From Podarcis liolepis (Eukaryota), in NCBI GenBank assembly GCA_965112155.1, contig OZ218102.1: 64,000 nt of DNA; one strand, given 5' to 3'. Below the pieces are notes generated by a model. The model was given only the letters and a program-made list of their open reading frames with translations. It ran no database searches and was not told where the DNA came from. Within the stretch, counting starts at the first letter, position 1. Every line of letters begins with the position of its first letter. Position numbers and translations under genes: made by a program. Shown one piece after another: positions 1-11,116 of this stretch.

Positions 1-418
1 CAGGTAGCGCTTTGAGGAGTCTCAGTAGTGTACGGTTTTAAAGCAGCATTTCTGGGTAGATGGACCTCAGTGAGTGTATTTTTATACTGTAAACGCCCTG
101 TGATCCTTGAATGAAGGGCAATATAGAAATTTAACAAAGAAATAACAAATTAGTACAGAATTATGTTTACCTTAGCAAAGAAGTTTGATATTTAACTGCA
201 AACTATATCTGAAACGTTCTTGAGAGATGCTGATTCAGCCTCTTCTTGGTACTCAGAGAAGCATATACCCCAAAGTTGTTTCACTGCCTGATTCTTCTTA
301 GTGCTAGAAAAGTACCTCCAAGTTATTCCATCCAAAGCTACCCTCCTGCTGTGTCTTCACTTCATGCCATTCTCTGCCCCTTCCCTACTGGCTTGCTGCG
401 TTCAGAAGCTCCCGCTCC

Positions 419-424
419 TTTATT
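419..424 (-). terminator. Candidate POLL polyadenylation signal AATAAA
   Basis: tttatt on plus strand about 700 bp past the POLL stop. Confidence 0.4.
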
Positions 425-1131
425 CACCTCCTGAAAGTACTAACAATAAGTTCCAAATCCTGAAACCATACCAAGCTCTACAGTTAGCATAAATTACACA
501 AATAAACAATCCTGTGCCACCATTTGGGGAAGGATAGGATTCTAAAACCTTTAAAACATTTTCCAAGGCCAGCAGCAGGGTTGAAGGGAGAATATAATTT
601 CAGCTAGAAGAGATTAATCCTGAGATGGAAATCCATGACACTTCATTTCTTGGCAAACAAACCACAAACCCCCTCTCTTAGCAGAAAAGCAGCCTCTCCA
701 AATAAGAGAAGCTAGCAGCCTTAAAAGGATGCTACCTTTGCAAAGGTGAATTTAAAACCCATTCTTAAAAATCTATTCATTCCCCCCACCACTCTTCCTC
801 CGCCTTTACATGGGAGTTTCAATGTGCAAAATCGCTTTACAAATGTTCTCATTCATTCATTAAAACTGGCCAGTGAGGTAGGTTAATTTGCCCTTAGTGC
901 CTCTCTAATGGCAATCCATTAAAAAACTGAATCCATTCAGGGCCTTGGGCTTTTCTTCCCAGTAGCAAAGAGAAGGACTAGCTCCCCTTAATCACACAAG
1001 TCCTCCTGTCTTTAGCACCTGCAAGAATTTGCCAAGGAAAGCAGACAAGTCTACAGAGGCTGGAAGGTCCCAAGTGAGTCACATGCAAGCACCATGAGGG
1101 CATCCTCAAATAGGTCTCTTCCTGTCCTTTG

Positions 1132-1496
1132 TCACCAGTCCCTCTCGGGGGGCTCCCGGTAAGGCAGCCCCAGGTGAATGAAGATATCCCTCTCAGTGGG
1201 AGTAGACAGGGCCATGCCAGGCACTGTTTTGAGGCCACCGGCTCCACGCACCACCCCGCTGCTGAGGGCATGCTCCGACAGGCTCATGCCCCTGGTCTTG
1301 GCCAGAGCTCGCATGGAGCGGTTGAAGTGGGCTGAGCCAGTGAAGTAGAGCAGGGCACAGGCAAACTCACTGTAGGGCACCACAATGATGTCAAGGCGCC
1401 GGTGGCGCCGGCCTGGTCCTGGCAGACGACAGACCCCGAGGTATTTCTTCTGGCTTCCATTGTCTTCCTGACTCACCAAATCGTCTGTCAGGAAGC
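1132..1496 (-). CDS. POLL: DNA polymerase lambda, last coding exon (palm/thumb)
   Basis: [11 protein letters not shown]...[31 protein letters not shown]...[10 protein letters not shown]; ag acceptor at 1498-1497; TGA at 1134-1132; 365 bp. Confidence 0.98.
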
Positions 1497-1574
1497 CTGT
1501 GGAGAAAAGCACAAGTCAGGGAGTTTGGCTGGCAGAGTGCCTGAACATGTGCAGGGGACGGCGATCAAGATGAT

Positions 1575-1950
1575 CTGGAAACCAAGCCTTATGAGGAGCC
1601 ATTGAAGGAGCTGCGTGTGTTTGGCCTGGAAAGCAGAGGCTGAGAGAAGATGTGACAGCCATCTTCAAATATCTCAAAGGCTGTCACATGGAGGATGGAG
1701 CAAGCTTGTTTTGCCCTGCTCTGCAGGGTAGGACCTAAACCAATGAATTCAAATTACAAGAAAGGAGATTTCAACTAAACATCAGGAAGAACCTTCTGAC
1801 GGTAAGAACTGTTCGATAGTGGAACAGATTCCCTCAGGTAGTTGTGGGCTTTCCTTCCCTGGAGATTTTTAAGCAGAGGTTGGGTGCCCATCTGTCATGG
1901 ATGCTTTAGTTGAGATTCTTGCATTGCAAGGGGTTGGACTAGATGACTTG
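1575..1950 (+). mobile_element. CR1 LINE 3' fragment
   Basis: ccaagccttatgaggag...gccatcttcaaatatctcaaagg...gggttggactagatgac; similar to 63175-63480. Confidence 0.85.
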
Positions 1951-2819
1951 GCGGGGGGGGGGGGTCCCAAATCTATGATTCCTTCAAGAATTGTTTTCTG
2001 TCCCCACTTAGTGGTAAGCCTGTGCTGGAGGGCCCCCTGCTTGCTAGCATCAGTACTGGGCTCCTGGCTCACCAACATGATTGGTAGGGAGTCTCCTGGG
2101 ATCTGGCGGACCGCTGTTAAGTCCTGGCCTGATTCTGCAGGGGTCTTCTTATGCTCTTATCAAGATTGTGCGTCACCAGGACAATTCATGGTGTTCAACA
2201 TACAAGAGACCTGAACTACCTGATCATGATCAGCATTCTGGCCTCTCAAAATATATGTTCTCTCCTAAAAGAACATCTGAGACATAGCAGCTAAACCAGT
2301 ATCTTGGAGAATGGCAAGAGTAAAGCCTTTCACCAAAATTTGGCTAGAGATAGTGCCAACATACAAGGGCAACGGAGCCTCTAAGAGCAAAGAGTCCAAA
2401 ATGTGAGCAAGAAGCTAATCAAACCTGCTATATTTATTAGGTTGTAGCCTCATATTTACAGTACAATAGGTGAGAAGAGGCTCTGACATTCATACAGAGA
2501 AGTATGTCAAGAAACAGAATCACCCATGGTGTTATATTATGGCAGGCACTATAAACCATTCATTCTTATAAAGTCCTTCATGCAGGGAGCCCAACTATCT
2601 ACACGGGGGGCGGGGGCGGGGCGGGATGGCTCCTTCCAAAGAAGTCCCAGATACAGGCACTTTTAGTGCTAAGATGAACTGCCAAGACGAGCTCAACATG
2701 GCAGTGCCAGATACACATTCTGGATTCCCATTCTGCTGATTTCAGAGTGGTGAAAAGGTTCAGCAGTGTGACCCCTTACCCTGCCCTGCCACATTCCAGC
2801 CCCACAGGTACCCTCATAC

Positions 2820-2988
2820 CACTTTTCCGGAGGCTATCAAGCAGCTTGCTGAACACTCCTTGGTGCGAGTGCCCATCGGGGTGAGTCACCAGCACGTCCA
2901 CATCCCCACAGGTGGACTTTTCCCGCCGGAACGAGCCACACGCGACACACACCAGCCCAGGATTGATCAACTGGGCTGCTTCTCTGAC
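2820..2988 (-). CDS. POLL: DNA polymerase lambda coding exon 7 of 8 (catalytic DxD)
   Basis: [39 protein letters not shown]...; ctgcag acceptor, gtatga donor; 169 bp, phase 0/1. Confidence 0.97.
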
Positions 2989-5165
2989 CTGCAGTGAAAG
3001 ACAGTGTAGAGGAACAGGCAGAGGTGTAGTTGCTGATTTCAAGTATCTTTCCATTCCCATCCACTGTGGTGATTCAATTACCCCCAGCAGTGTGGGTAAA
3101 ACAAAACAAAACAAAAAACAAAACAAAACAAAGCATACACCATAATTCAAATCCTTTTGTCAAGACAGCTGAATTCTTTTGCTTGTATGAATCATTAAAT
3201 CATTAAATTTATTCTGCTTCTGCTGGGCATGAGGGAGGGCAAGGAGTCCAGCCCCTTAGCAACAGAAAATTGTACTGAGCCCGACTGGGGTTTGGGAGTT
3301 TACTGTAAATGTATCTATATGCTTGCAAATTTAACTTCAAACTCTCACAGTGGTGATAATGAATGCTAAAATTCTCAGGATGCTGAATTACATGAATTGT
3401 TATGTATGCAGGTTAACTAACTTGTGACCCATTTGTAGTTTGGGTGACAGGTGACAATAACCCTTCCAAACTATGGGATGTTACTCTGCTGCATAAACAA
3501 AGCATTCTGTCCAAAGCTGTAATGAAGCAGGTTGGAAAAGAGTGGGACCTGGGACCTTTTAGCAGAGAAGGGTGGTAGCAAAATATGTGACGCAGCAGAA
3601 CCAGTCCTAAAGTCACCAGGACATCCAAAATTCATAAGGGATCAGTATTTTGAGCTGGCGTAAGGCTGACTGACCCTGGCACTCTCCTCCTGCAGGGCTG
3701 GGCCATTTCCCATTTAATGGAAGGAAAACTCTTGGCAGTGAAGAGCAAAATGTCCTGCTGGAGCAGCAGTCAAACCCTAGACTGCTGGAAATCACATCCC
3801 AGTGGGTGGGTGCCCAAAGAAGAGTCCCTCGCCCAAGAGCTTCTCTGCGCCAGCATACTTCTGATGGCTTTATTTAAAAGCATCGCTTGAAGGTGATTTC
3901 AGAATTCAGGATTATGGGTATCACGGTGCCAATAATCCATCTTACTAAACAAAGACATGATTGCTGGTTCAGAACATAGAGAGTGGCATGGGTAGAGGGA
4001 AAGGAAGCAGTTGTGGGGCTGGGCGGTGGCGGTGGGGGGGAGGGTCTGAGTGCTCCTTGTCAGTCTCCAGGATGATCCTTCATTAGTGAGGGATAAGCTC
4101 ATTAACCTTTGCCCTGCAACATTTGGGAACAGCTTTCACGGCTTTTCGAATGCAGATCTGTCCCTCTGCATCCTCAATTAAGTTTTCTTGAAAGCAGCCA
4201 GCCCCACACAGCACCTTGGGTCTCAGACGGACAGCAGCTAATCCCCTCATTCTCTTGTCTACTCCCTGAGGTGGGCAAGAAATGGGTAATTCCATCAAAC
4301 CCACAATAGGTCCACTCCCAAGGGCAGGGGCTCCCAAAAGAGCTTTAATCCTGTGCAAGGAATGATGCCCTACCTGGCAACGATGCATTCTTCAGGGGCA
4401 GGCACTGTGACTGAGTGACAGTATCATGCTGCCCAGTGCTGCCATGGTGATTTCAACGTACAGGAGAAGCAGTGATAAAGGATCACGTAACTTCAGCCTA
4501 TAAGCCGACAACTTGCAACCCGAAAACAATTTTATGAACTGCCTATTGGCTTCTATGAGCACCACCCTGGTCAAACCCACAGAAAGTTCAGAAAATTAGA
4601 AAGCTCCCTTTCCCTACCATGGGGGGCACCACAAAGATTTTCAAGGTGTTTTTGCACCACTGCTCTGCCATGATGCAGTCTGAGGGTCCTTTTAGAGAAA
4701 GACTGGCCTATCAGGTTGGGAGCTTGCAAACAAAGGGGTGAGAATTGCTGGTTTGTAGCAAAAAAAAACCCAAAACAAAACACAGGTAAGATTTCTAGGC
4801 TCTCTTTAGAGCTGGGATGAGGAACCTGGGGTCCACCAGATGTTGTTGGGTCTCCAAAACCTATCAGCCAATGGTCAGGGATGATGGGAGCCGGAGTCCA
4901 ACCACACTTGGAGGACCAAAGCTTCCCATCCCAGTTATACATGTTTGCAGAATCTGGTATGTGCCAAATCGCCAACCTGGAGAGAGGAAAGGCAAAACAG
5001 GCAGCAGCTTTGCTCATCATCCTTCCCCTTTGAACTGCCAGGAAGTCCAACTATGTGGGACCTACCAGAATCGTGGCTGCCTCAAGAGCTGATTTGATGA
5101 GGTGCGTCATGTGACCTGTTAAGCCTCGACATTGCCCTGCCCACAGTCCTCACAGGGGTACTCAC

Positions 5166-5294
5166 TGTCTGCTCAATTTGGGCAGCTTCTTCACGTGGCA
5201 TGCGCTCCAGCAAGTCCTCATAATGCTTCAAGCCAATGGCCTGCTGGCTGGTGAGGGAAGCCTTAGTGCGGATGTCATCCAGAGTGCGGAAGCC
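5166..5294 (-). CDS. POLL: DNA polymerase lambda coding exon 6 of 8 (fingers)
   Basis: [43 protein letters not shown]; cag acceptor, gtgagt donor; 129 bp. Confidence 0.97.
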
Positions 5295-5472
5295 CTGCCC
5301 AGAGGACACACGGGACACGTATAAAGTTCCGTCCTCTAGCACATTAGCAGGTTTTTCCATACCAGTTTCAGCAAGGAAACTAAAGAATTAACTCACATAC
5401 TGGGTCCTTGTAACAATACCATAATACAAGCAAAACTGCAGCACTTGTTGACAGCAGAGGAGAGGAAATTAC

Positions 5473-5646
5473 CTGCTGGTACCACATCTGAGCAGTCTTG
5501 ACTCCTGCTCCCCAGATATTGGAAAATACTTCCAGCACTGACACACTCTCACTGATGTGGTCCAGCTTTCGAAGGTGCCCGCTCTCCAGGATCTCCACAA
5601 TCTTTTCTGCCATCTGCTTCCCAATTCCAGGGATTTTGCAGGCTTC
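5473..5646 (-). CDS. POLL: DNA polymerase lambda coding exon 5 of 8 (8 kDa lyase HhH/fingers)
   Basis: [30 protein letters not shown]...[14 protein letters not shown]; tttcag acceptor, gtaatt donor; 174 bp. Confidence 0.97.
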
Positions 5647-6265
5647 CTGAAAAACAGCCACAAACAGACAGTTGTCCAGAAAAAAGGCTACAATGCTGAT
5701 TTAATCTGGAAAGATCAGCTGCTTCCAGCTTGGAGATGACTAGGCTCAGCTTGGGCAGGGGGGAATTGGTTCTTGACTCCTGAGGGTATCTAACACAGGC
5801 CCTCCTATCCAAGAATCCACCTTCCTAAATTGGGATTTAGAAGTCTATGAATTTTTTGCAAATAAAATCTGATCTTTACTCTTTGACTATAAGATTTTTC
5901 TGTCTTTCTCTCAGTGCAGACAGAGACTTCCTCTGCATTCCTTTTAAATGACCAGAAGCATAGTGTAGGCTTTTGCTAATTTCATACTTAAGAAATCTCT
6001 CTATACGGTGGCCCACGTAGAAATGGAACGATGCTGCCAAGCCCAGGGAAGTTAAAACACAAGCAATTTGGACCTTACAACAATTTGGACCCATTGTGCA
6101 ACAAAGCTGCTGGCTAGCCACACAGGATGCAGTGCAGCCAGGAGTTGCAAGTGCGAGGCAGGAGAAGAGAGGCTAGTTGCTCCATAGACTTAATGGCTGC
6201 TCCCAAGAACAAGGATTTGCTTTAGAAGAAAAGGATTTGCTTTAGAAGAGATCTATCTGAGTTAC

Positions 6266-6574
6266 CTGATAAGAGGTGATTGGCTTGTGGTAGCTCTTGA
6301 GGGCGTTTATGGCTTTTGAGTAACCCAGAGCCCTCCACTTGTCCCCTTGGACAGAGTAGGCTTTTGCCAGCTGCTCCAGCTTCTCTGTAATGCTCTGGTT
6401 ATGATTAATTTTCTTGCTTGCAGAGGAGTGGGCACAAACCCACTTGCTAGTGGGAAGCGCCACAGAAGAATCTCCTGGCAAAGTGTTTGGGTCTTGGCCT
6501 GACCGCAGTGCTTCCAGTTCTCCCAGAGTGACAACAGGCTCTTCCCCTTCAGTTTCCTCGTTGTCCAAGATTGT
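6266..6574 (-). CDS. POLL: DNA polymerase lambda coding exon 4 of 8 (linker and start of 8 kDa domain)
   Basis: TILDNEE...KWVCAHSS...[47 protein letters not shown]; aag acceptor, gtaact donor; 309 bp. Confidence 0.93.
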
Positions 6575-7689
6575 CTTTGGAGAGAGGTAGAAGAGGAAGC
6601 TGTGAAATGTAGCCATTACTTATGCAAGCAATTGCAAGGCACTGGCTCATAATGCACCAAAGGCAGGGAGGCTCTGAAACATTAAAGGGGATTGGTAGTC
6701 CCTGTGAGATCCACCACAATCGTTAGATAGGTTGAGAGAGAGAAAGAAAAAGCATAAGCTGTACTAACAGTTGCATATAACATGTTCCTCCCCTCAGTTA
6801 TGATGATCATCTATAAGAAAGCATAGCTGGCAGAGTCCCTGCAGTGACCATAATGCTATGGATTCATATAACTTATGAAGGTGGCTTTATTTTGGAGTGG
6901 TGGTGACGAGTGAGCATGAATAAAATGTCCCAAGTTACAGAAACTTTAGTGGCACAATTTTCTTTTGCTCTCTACTTCAGGCACTAGGGGGCAACATCCC
7001 ATTATGAACATACCGGGTATTCCATTGACTAGTAGAAAACAGAAAGAATATAATACTTAAGAAGCTGAACAATAACTTACATTCATTACACCTCGTGGTC
7101 AAGATGCTATAAGGAGCACATTGTAGTCCATATGATCTTTTTATGTTCTGACTTTAGGGTGCTAACACTGTAACTAATATTTTACTAGCTTATTTTAATA
7201 TTGCTTCAGAGTTGAGAAAGATTAAAATTCAAGGCAACTGGACATATAGAGCTTTTACACCAGTGTATATTTTTGCCAGATTCTCTGAATGAAGAGGAGA
7301 CTTGGCATAAATGAACCTCAAGGCATTGCCAAACAAAGACAGCAGCAGAATAACACACATACATTCTAATGCAGAAACAATCTGCCAAAAGCTCCTTCTA
7401 CATTTTCCTATTTTTGTAACTTTTAGGTGGTCTGGAGTGAAGCTTGCTAGAAAAAAACATACTCAGAGTAACCAAAGGAAGCACATGTTAGGTGCCCAGC
7501 TTCTACAATGACAACTCAGCATTTGTTTAATAGAGACAAATTCACTCCTTTCAGAAGAGAAAAATGGCTGTATCTGTAGACTCCACCTGCTGAATCTGTT
7601 GTCAACACACACGCCTCGTTCCAATTACAATATTGTTCCCTAATTCTAAGAGAAGCGTGGCACTTTTTCATCTTTGGAACAAAGAGGTG

Positions 7690-7830
7690 TCAATCATGTC
7701 CACACTGACAGCAGTTCTCTAAGATTTCAGGCAGGGTTTTCCCCCTGCCTTACCTGGAGATGCTGGGGATTGAACCTGGGACATTCTGCATGCAATGCAA
7801 ATGCTCTGTTACTGAGCTACAGCTCTTCCC
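7690..7830 (-). mobile_element. Squamate tRNA-derived SINE (related degenerate copies about 13770-13935, 49700-49890, 63520-63620)
   Basis: Reverse strand gctgtagctcagt...ggttcaatccccagcatctccagg shows A and B boxes. Confidence 0.7.
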
Positions 7831-7902
7831 CAATAAAAACCCTGGCATAACCTACAAAAATGCTCAAAAGCACAAAAATGGGAATCCGCTAAGCGGGCTC
7901 AC

Positions 7903-8074
7903 CCCTTTAACTTCTTGCTGTCCTGAGGAATTTGCTGCACTACAGGGAGTGCTGGAAACCTCTGCCTGAGATTCATCCTTCAGTGCCAGGACTGCACTCT
8001 CCATTTGAGGCTGGACCATCACGTCATCCAAAAGTTGTGATTGCTGCTTTGAAGTATCTGACACATCCAGATAC
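7903..8074 (-). CDS. POLL: DNA polymerase lambda coding exon 3 of 8 (Ser/Pro-type linker, poorly conserved)
   Basis: YLDVSDTSKQQ...QQEVKG; ggcag acceptor, gtgagc donor; 172 bp; phases 2/0 join the flanking exons in frame. Confidence 0.85.
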
Positions 8075-8268
8075 CTGCCAAGAATCAAACATACAGCAAG
8101 GTGAAATCGCTGCTTCTGAAGGCAGCCATTCTATCCATTAAAAGAGTGTGAGAAAATTGAAAAGAAATGAGGAATTCAATTCTCTTTCCTCTGTGTCCAT
8201 TCCCAAAATAAGAAATGGATTTCCACATAAAACTTGCCACCACATGCTGAAGTAAGAAAGGCACCTAC

Positions 8269-8563
8269 TTCTCTGGGATGAAGAGGCTGTAGCCAGTAGT
8301 CTTCAGGATCTGCTGTGCTGCAATACAGGAACTCAGCCAGGATGCCTTCACCAGTTGCAATCCCTGGGGTAACTTGGCTAGTTTGAGAAGCCGGAAAGCT
8401 CGGTCACAGTCCATGCCTTCATCCACTATAACATGTGTCACATCTGGGGAAAGATGGCTGCAGACAATTCCCCCATTCTGGACGATCTGCTTGCGGAAGA
8501 TCTCAGCCCTGGCCTGGCCAATTCCTGCTTGCAGCACATAGGCAGTGATTGGCTCCAACCATG
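8269..8563 (-). CDS. POLL: DNA polymerase lambda coding exon 2 of 8 (BRCT domain)
   Basis: WLEPITAYVLQAGIGQARAEIFRKQIVQNGG...VTHVIVDEGMDCDRA...LVKASWLSSC; tandem tag/cag acceptor (start 8563 or 8566), gtaggt donor. Confidence 0.95.
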
Positions 8564-8865
8564 CTGCTAATGAAAGCCAGAGAGAAATAGACTCAGAAAA
8601 GCAAGAGTGGGCTTCATGTCTTATCTGAGTGATGGGAGTCTGACGGCTTGAAGCCATAACTAGTATAGAGAAGACCAGATCTCTTGTAGCACACAGATAA
8701 GACTTCAAAACTCAATGCCTTCATTTGATTGGAACCTTCCAGGTTTAAGTGATTTTTCCCAAAGTAAACCACTTGCACTAACAGCTAGGCCATAGTAATC
8801 TCAAGCAGAGCAGGCCAGGCTGTCTCATAGCTTCACATGGCTCAGGAAGCAAACAGAAAACTCAC

Positions 8866-8977
8866 CTTGCTCATTCTTGGTTTCTTCTTTCAGTACCTTT
8901 GTAGGCACTGCCTTCTGTGAATCATATCTGATCTTCTTTCGTTTGGGGAAAGCTTTGACAATTCCTTGGGGCTCCAT
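8866..8977 (-). CDS. POLL: DNA polymerase lambda first coding exon (NLS)
   Basis: MEPQGIVKAFPKRKKIR... matches the POLL N-terminus; gtgagt donor; all coding exons sum to 1725 nt. Confidence 0.95.
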
Positions 8978-10905
8978 GGAACATGGATGCCTCCTTCCCA
9001 GGCAGGAGTAAGCAGTCTTACTGAGGAAGATGGTAAAGATTGCAAGAGTTTGAAGTGACTTACAACACAAAGGTATCTGTAAACCTGAAATGAAAATCAA
9101 GCTATCATATGTCCCATGACAACAGGTGAAACGTAACCTTATACGCAACTTTAGCTAGAGGTGGAAATGAATGAGGTGCAAGACTCTGACATGCCAATAG
9201 GGTAACTTCAGTTTCTAGGGGGCATGCCTTAGCTTGTGATCTACCTTAATGACAGAGAATCCTCTAGCAAAAAGGCACTCCCTATGTTAATTCAGTTTTG
9301 TGTTTAGAGCTGGCCATTTATTTTTCTGCAACAGGTGAAAGATATCCCACCAAATCATTAATAGGGTCTTATTCGCCTCAATTTGCAAAATGTGGTACAT
9401 CCAAAGACCAATAGACTTAGTGCTTCATAGCAGTAACATAAGGCCACCTCCCTCAAGAATTCCTGAATACACACCAGCTCCACAGATGCCACTTTTTATT
9501 TATATAGCATCCTCAGTGTGCATGGTACTTTACAGAGTATGAGGGCAGGCCCCTGCCAAGGGGAGCTTTCAATTTAAAATTCAACTCAGGGGAACAGTTT
9601 GGCTCCAGTTGTTTTTTTTAAGGGGGTACAGGGCAGGCTGTCTTCACTGGAGCCCCCAGCACAAACCAAAACATACATTCCAGGATCTGCTGCCCCGTGG
9701 GCCCTCTAGTGGTGATATTCCTGCAGCCACCAGCCTCCCCTCACACTTATCCACAGTGGCACTATAACAGGCAAGGTCCCAAGCAACCACTCAGTTCCTG
9801 GCCCATTACAGAGCTGTCACCATCTCTGAGAAGGTCCATGACAGCACGCAGGGAGGTGGTGGAGAAATTATCAGCCTCCTCCTGGCTCACCTGTTGCAGT
9901 GCTGCTGCAATGGGCTGGGAGTAGAGTGACTGCTCAGCAATTCATCCATTATATCACTGGTGTCTCAGACAAGCTCACAGGCAAGCCTGTGAAGGGTGCA
10001 GGATGCTGGTGACCACAGCAGTGCTGCCACTAGGGAGTCTAAATGGTGGTGGATACAGAGCATCAATCCTGGTGGCCCTGCTGGGGCCCTGAGAAATAAA
10101 AGTGGAGGCGAGGATAAACAGGGAAAGAACACACAATTGTTTGAGTTGCATGTGCTTAGGCTCAGTTACAGCCTTAGTTGCAGCAAGGCATAGGAACTAG
10201 GGAGCTGAGCCAAGGGCCTTACAGAAAAAGTAGGATTTGAGGAGGAATTTGAAAAAAACACCACACAGGTATTCTGGGAGACAGTTTCAAGCATAAGGGG
10301 AGAAAGGGGGGAGTATTTTGAGGGAGCAGGAGACTTTAGGATGGCTGAGGGTGGTAGAGCTGGAGGAGCCTCACAGGCAGAAACCTAACAGGGTGTTGGT
10401 AACAGAAAGCTTTGGAAGCAAGGACATGGAGCTTGTGCAGAATGCAGGAAGAGACAGAAAGCCAGAAGGAGGTGTCTCACTTCCAGAGTGGAGTGCCGGA
10501 CAGATGTGAGGAGACCAAGATGACACAATGCAATGTAAAGGAGAATATTGTCGTCGCCTCAGGGAGAGGTAAACAGAGCCTGCTGGACTACGAATCCCAT
10601 CACCCCGGCCAAGCAGGCTGGGAGATGGGGCTGATGGGAGATGTAGTCCAGCACCGCCACAGGCCCCAGGTCCCTCTCCACGTGGTAGCAAGGCTTCGCG
10701 CCGGCAGGCATGCAGGTACGCCGACTCTTCCTGCACCTGTGCGCTCGCTCTCTTCTGATCTCCCCTCGGGTAGGATGAGGCCCACTAAGGAGGGAGGGAG
10801 GCGGGGCTAAGGAGACGCGCGGAGAGGCCTAGAAACGCCCCTCAGGCGGAGGAAGGAGCGCGCGCGGTGGGGGCGGGGAGCTATTTCGCGTTTTATTTCA
10901 CTTAC

Positions 10906-11000
10906 CCGGGGAGGCGCGGGCGCGAAAGAGGACTGGGGGAGGGCGGGGGGAGAAGCAGCAAAACTTCCCCCCGCGCCGCGTTTTCTTCCGTGTCCGGTCA
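10906..11000 (-). other. POLL: Probable non-coding exon 1 of POLL (5' end approximate)
   Basis: Consensus donor CGG|gtaagt on the minus strand at 10906/10905 inside the CpG island. Confidence 0.6.
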
Positions 11001-11052
11001 GGAGAGGCCGGAAGTGTAGGGCGGTTGCCCTGGCAATGCGTCCGGCGGCATC

Positions 11053-11116
11053 ATGGCCGGGCCGAGTTGGCTGGAGCAGCTGCGTGCGGCGCGGAAGACC
11101 GCCCTGCTGGGGGACG
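11053..11116 (+). CDS. DPCD: DPCD exon 1
   Basis: MAGPSWLEQLRAARKTALLGDG; atcATGg Kozak; gtaaat donor; 64 bp. Confidence 0.95.

Noticed and set aside
4571-5050. 159 aa minus-strand ORF in a POLL intron
   Set aside because: The POLL CDS closes in frame without it; no homology recognised
1132-8977. Possible POLL pseudogenisation or catalytic change
   Set aside because: All exons splice in frame; DVD and RLD aspartates, lyase MAEK lysine and YFTGS/NRSMR motifs are intact
10318-10810. ORFs of 61-132 aa upstream of DPCD, within POLL intron 1
   Set aside because: No recognisable domain or splice context; typical of CpG-island flanks
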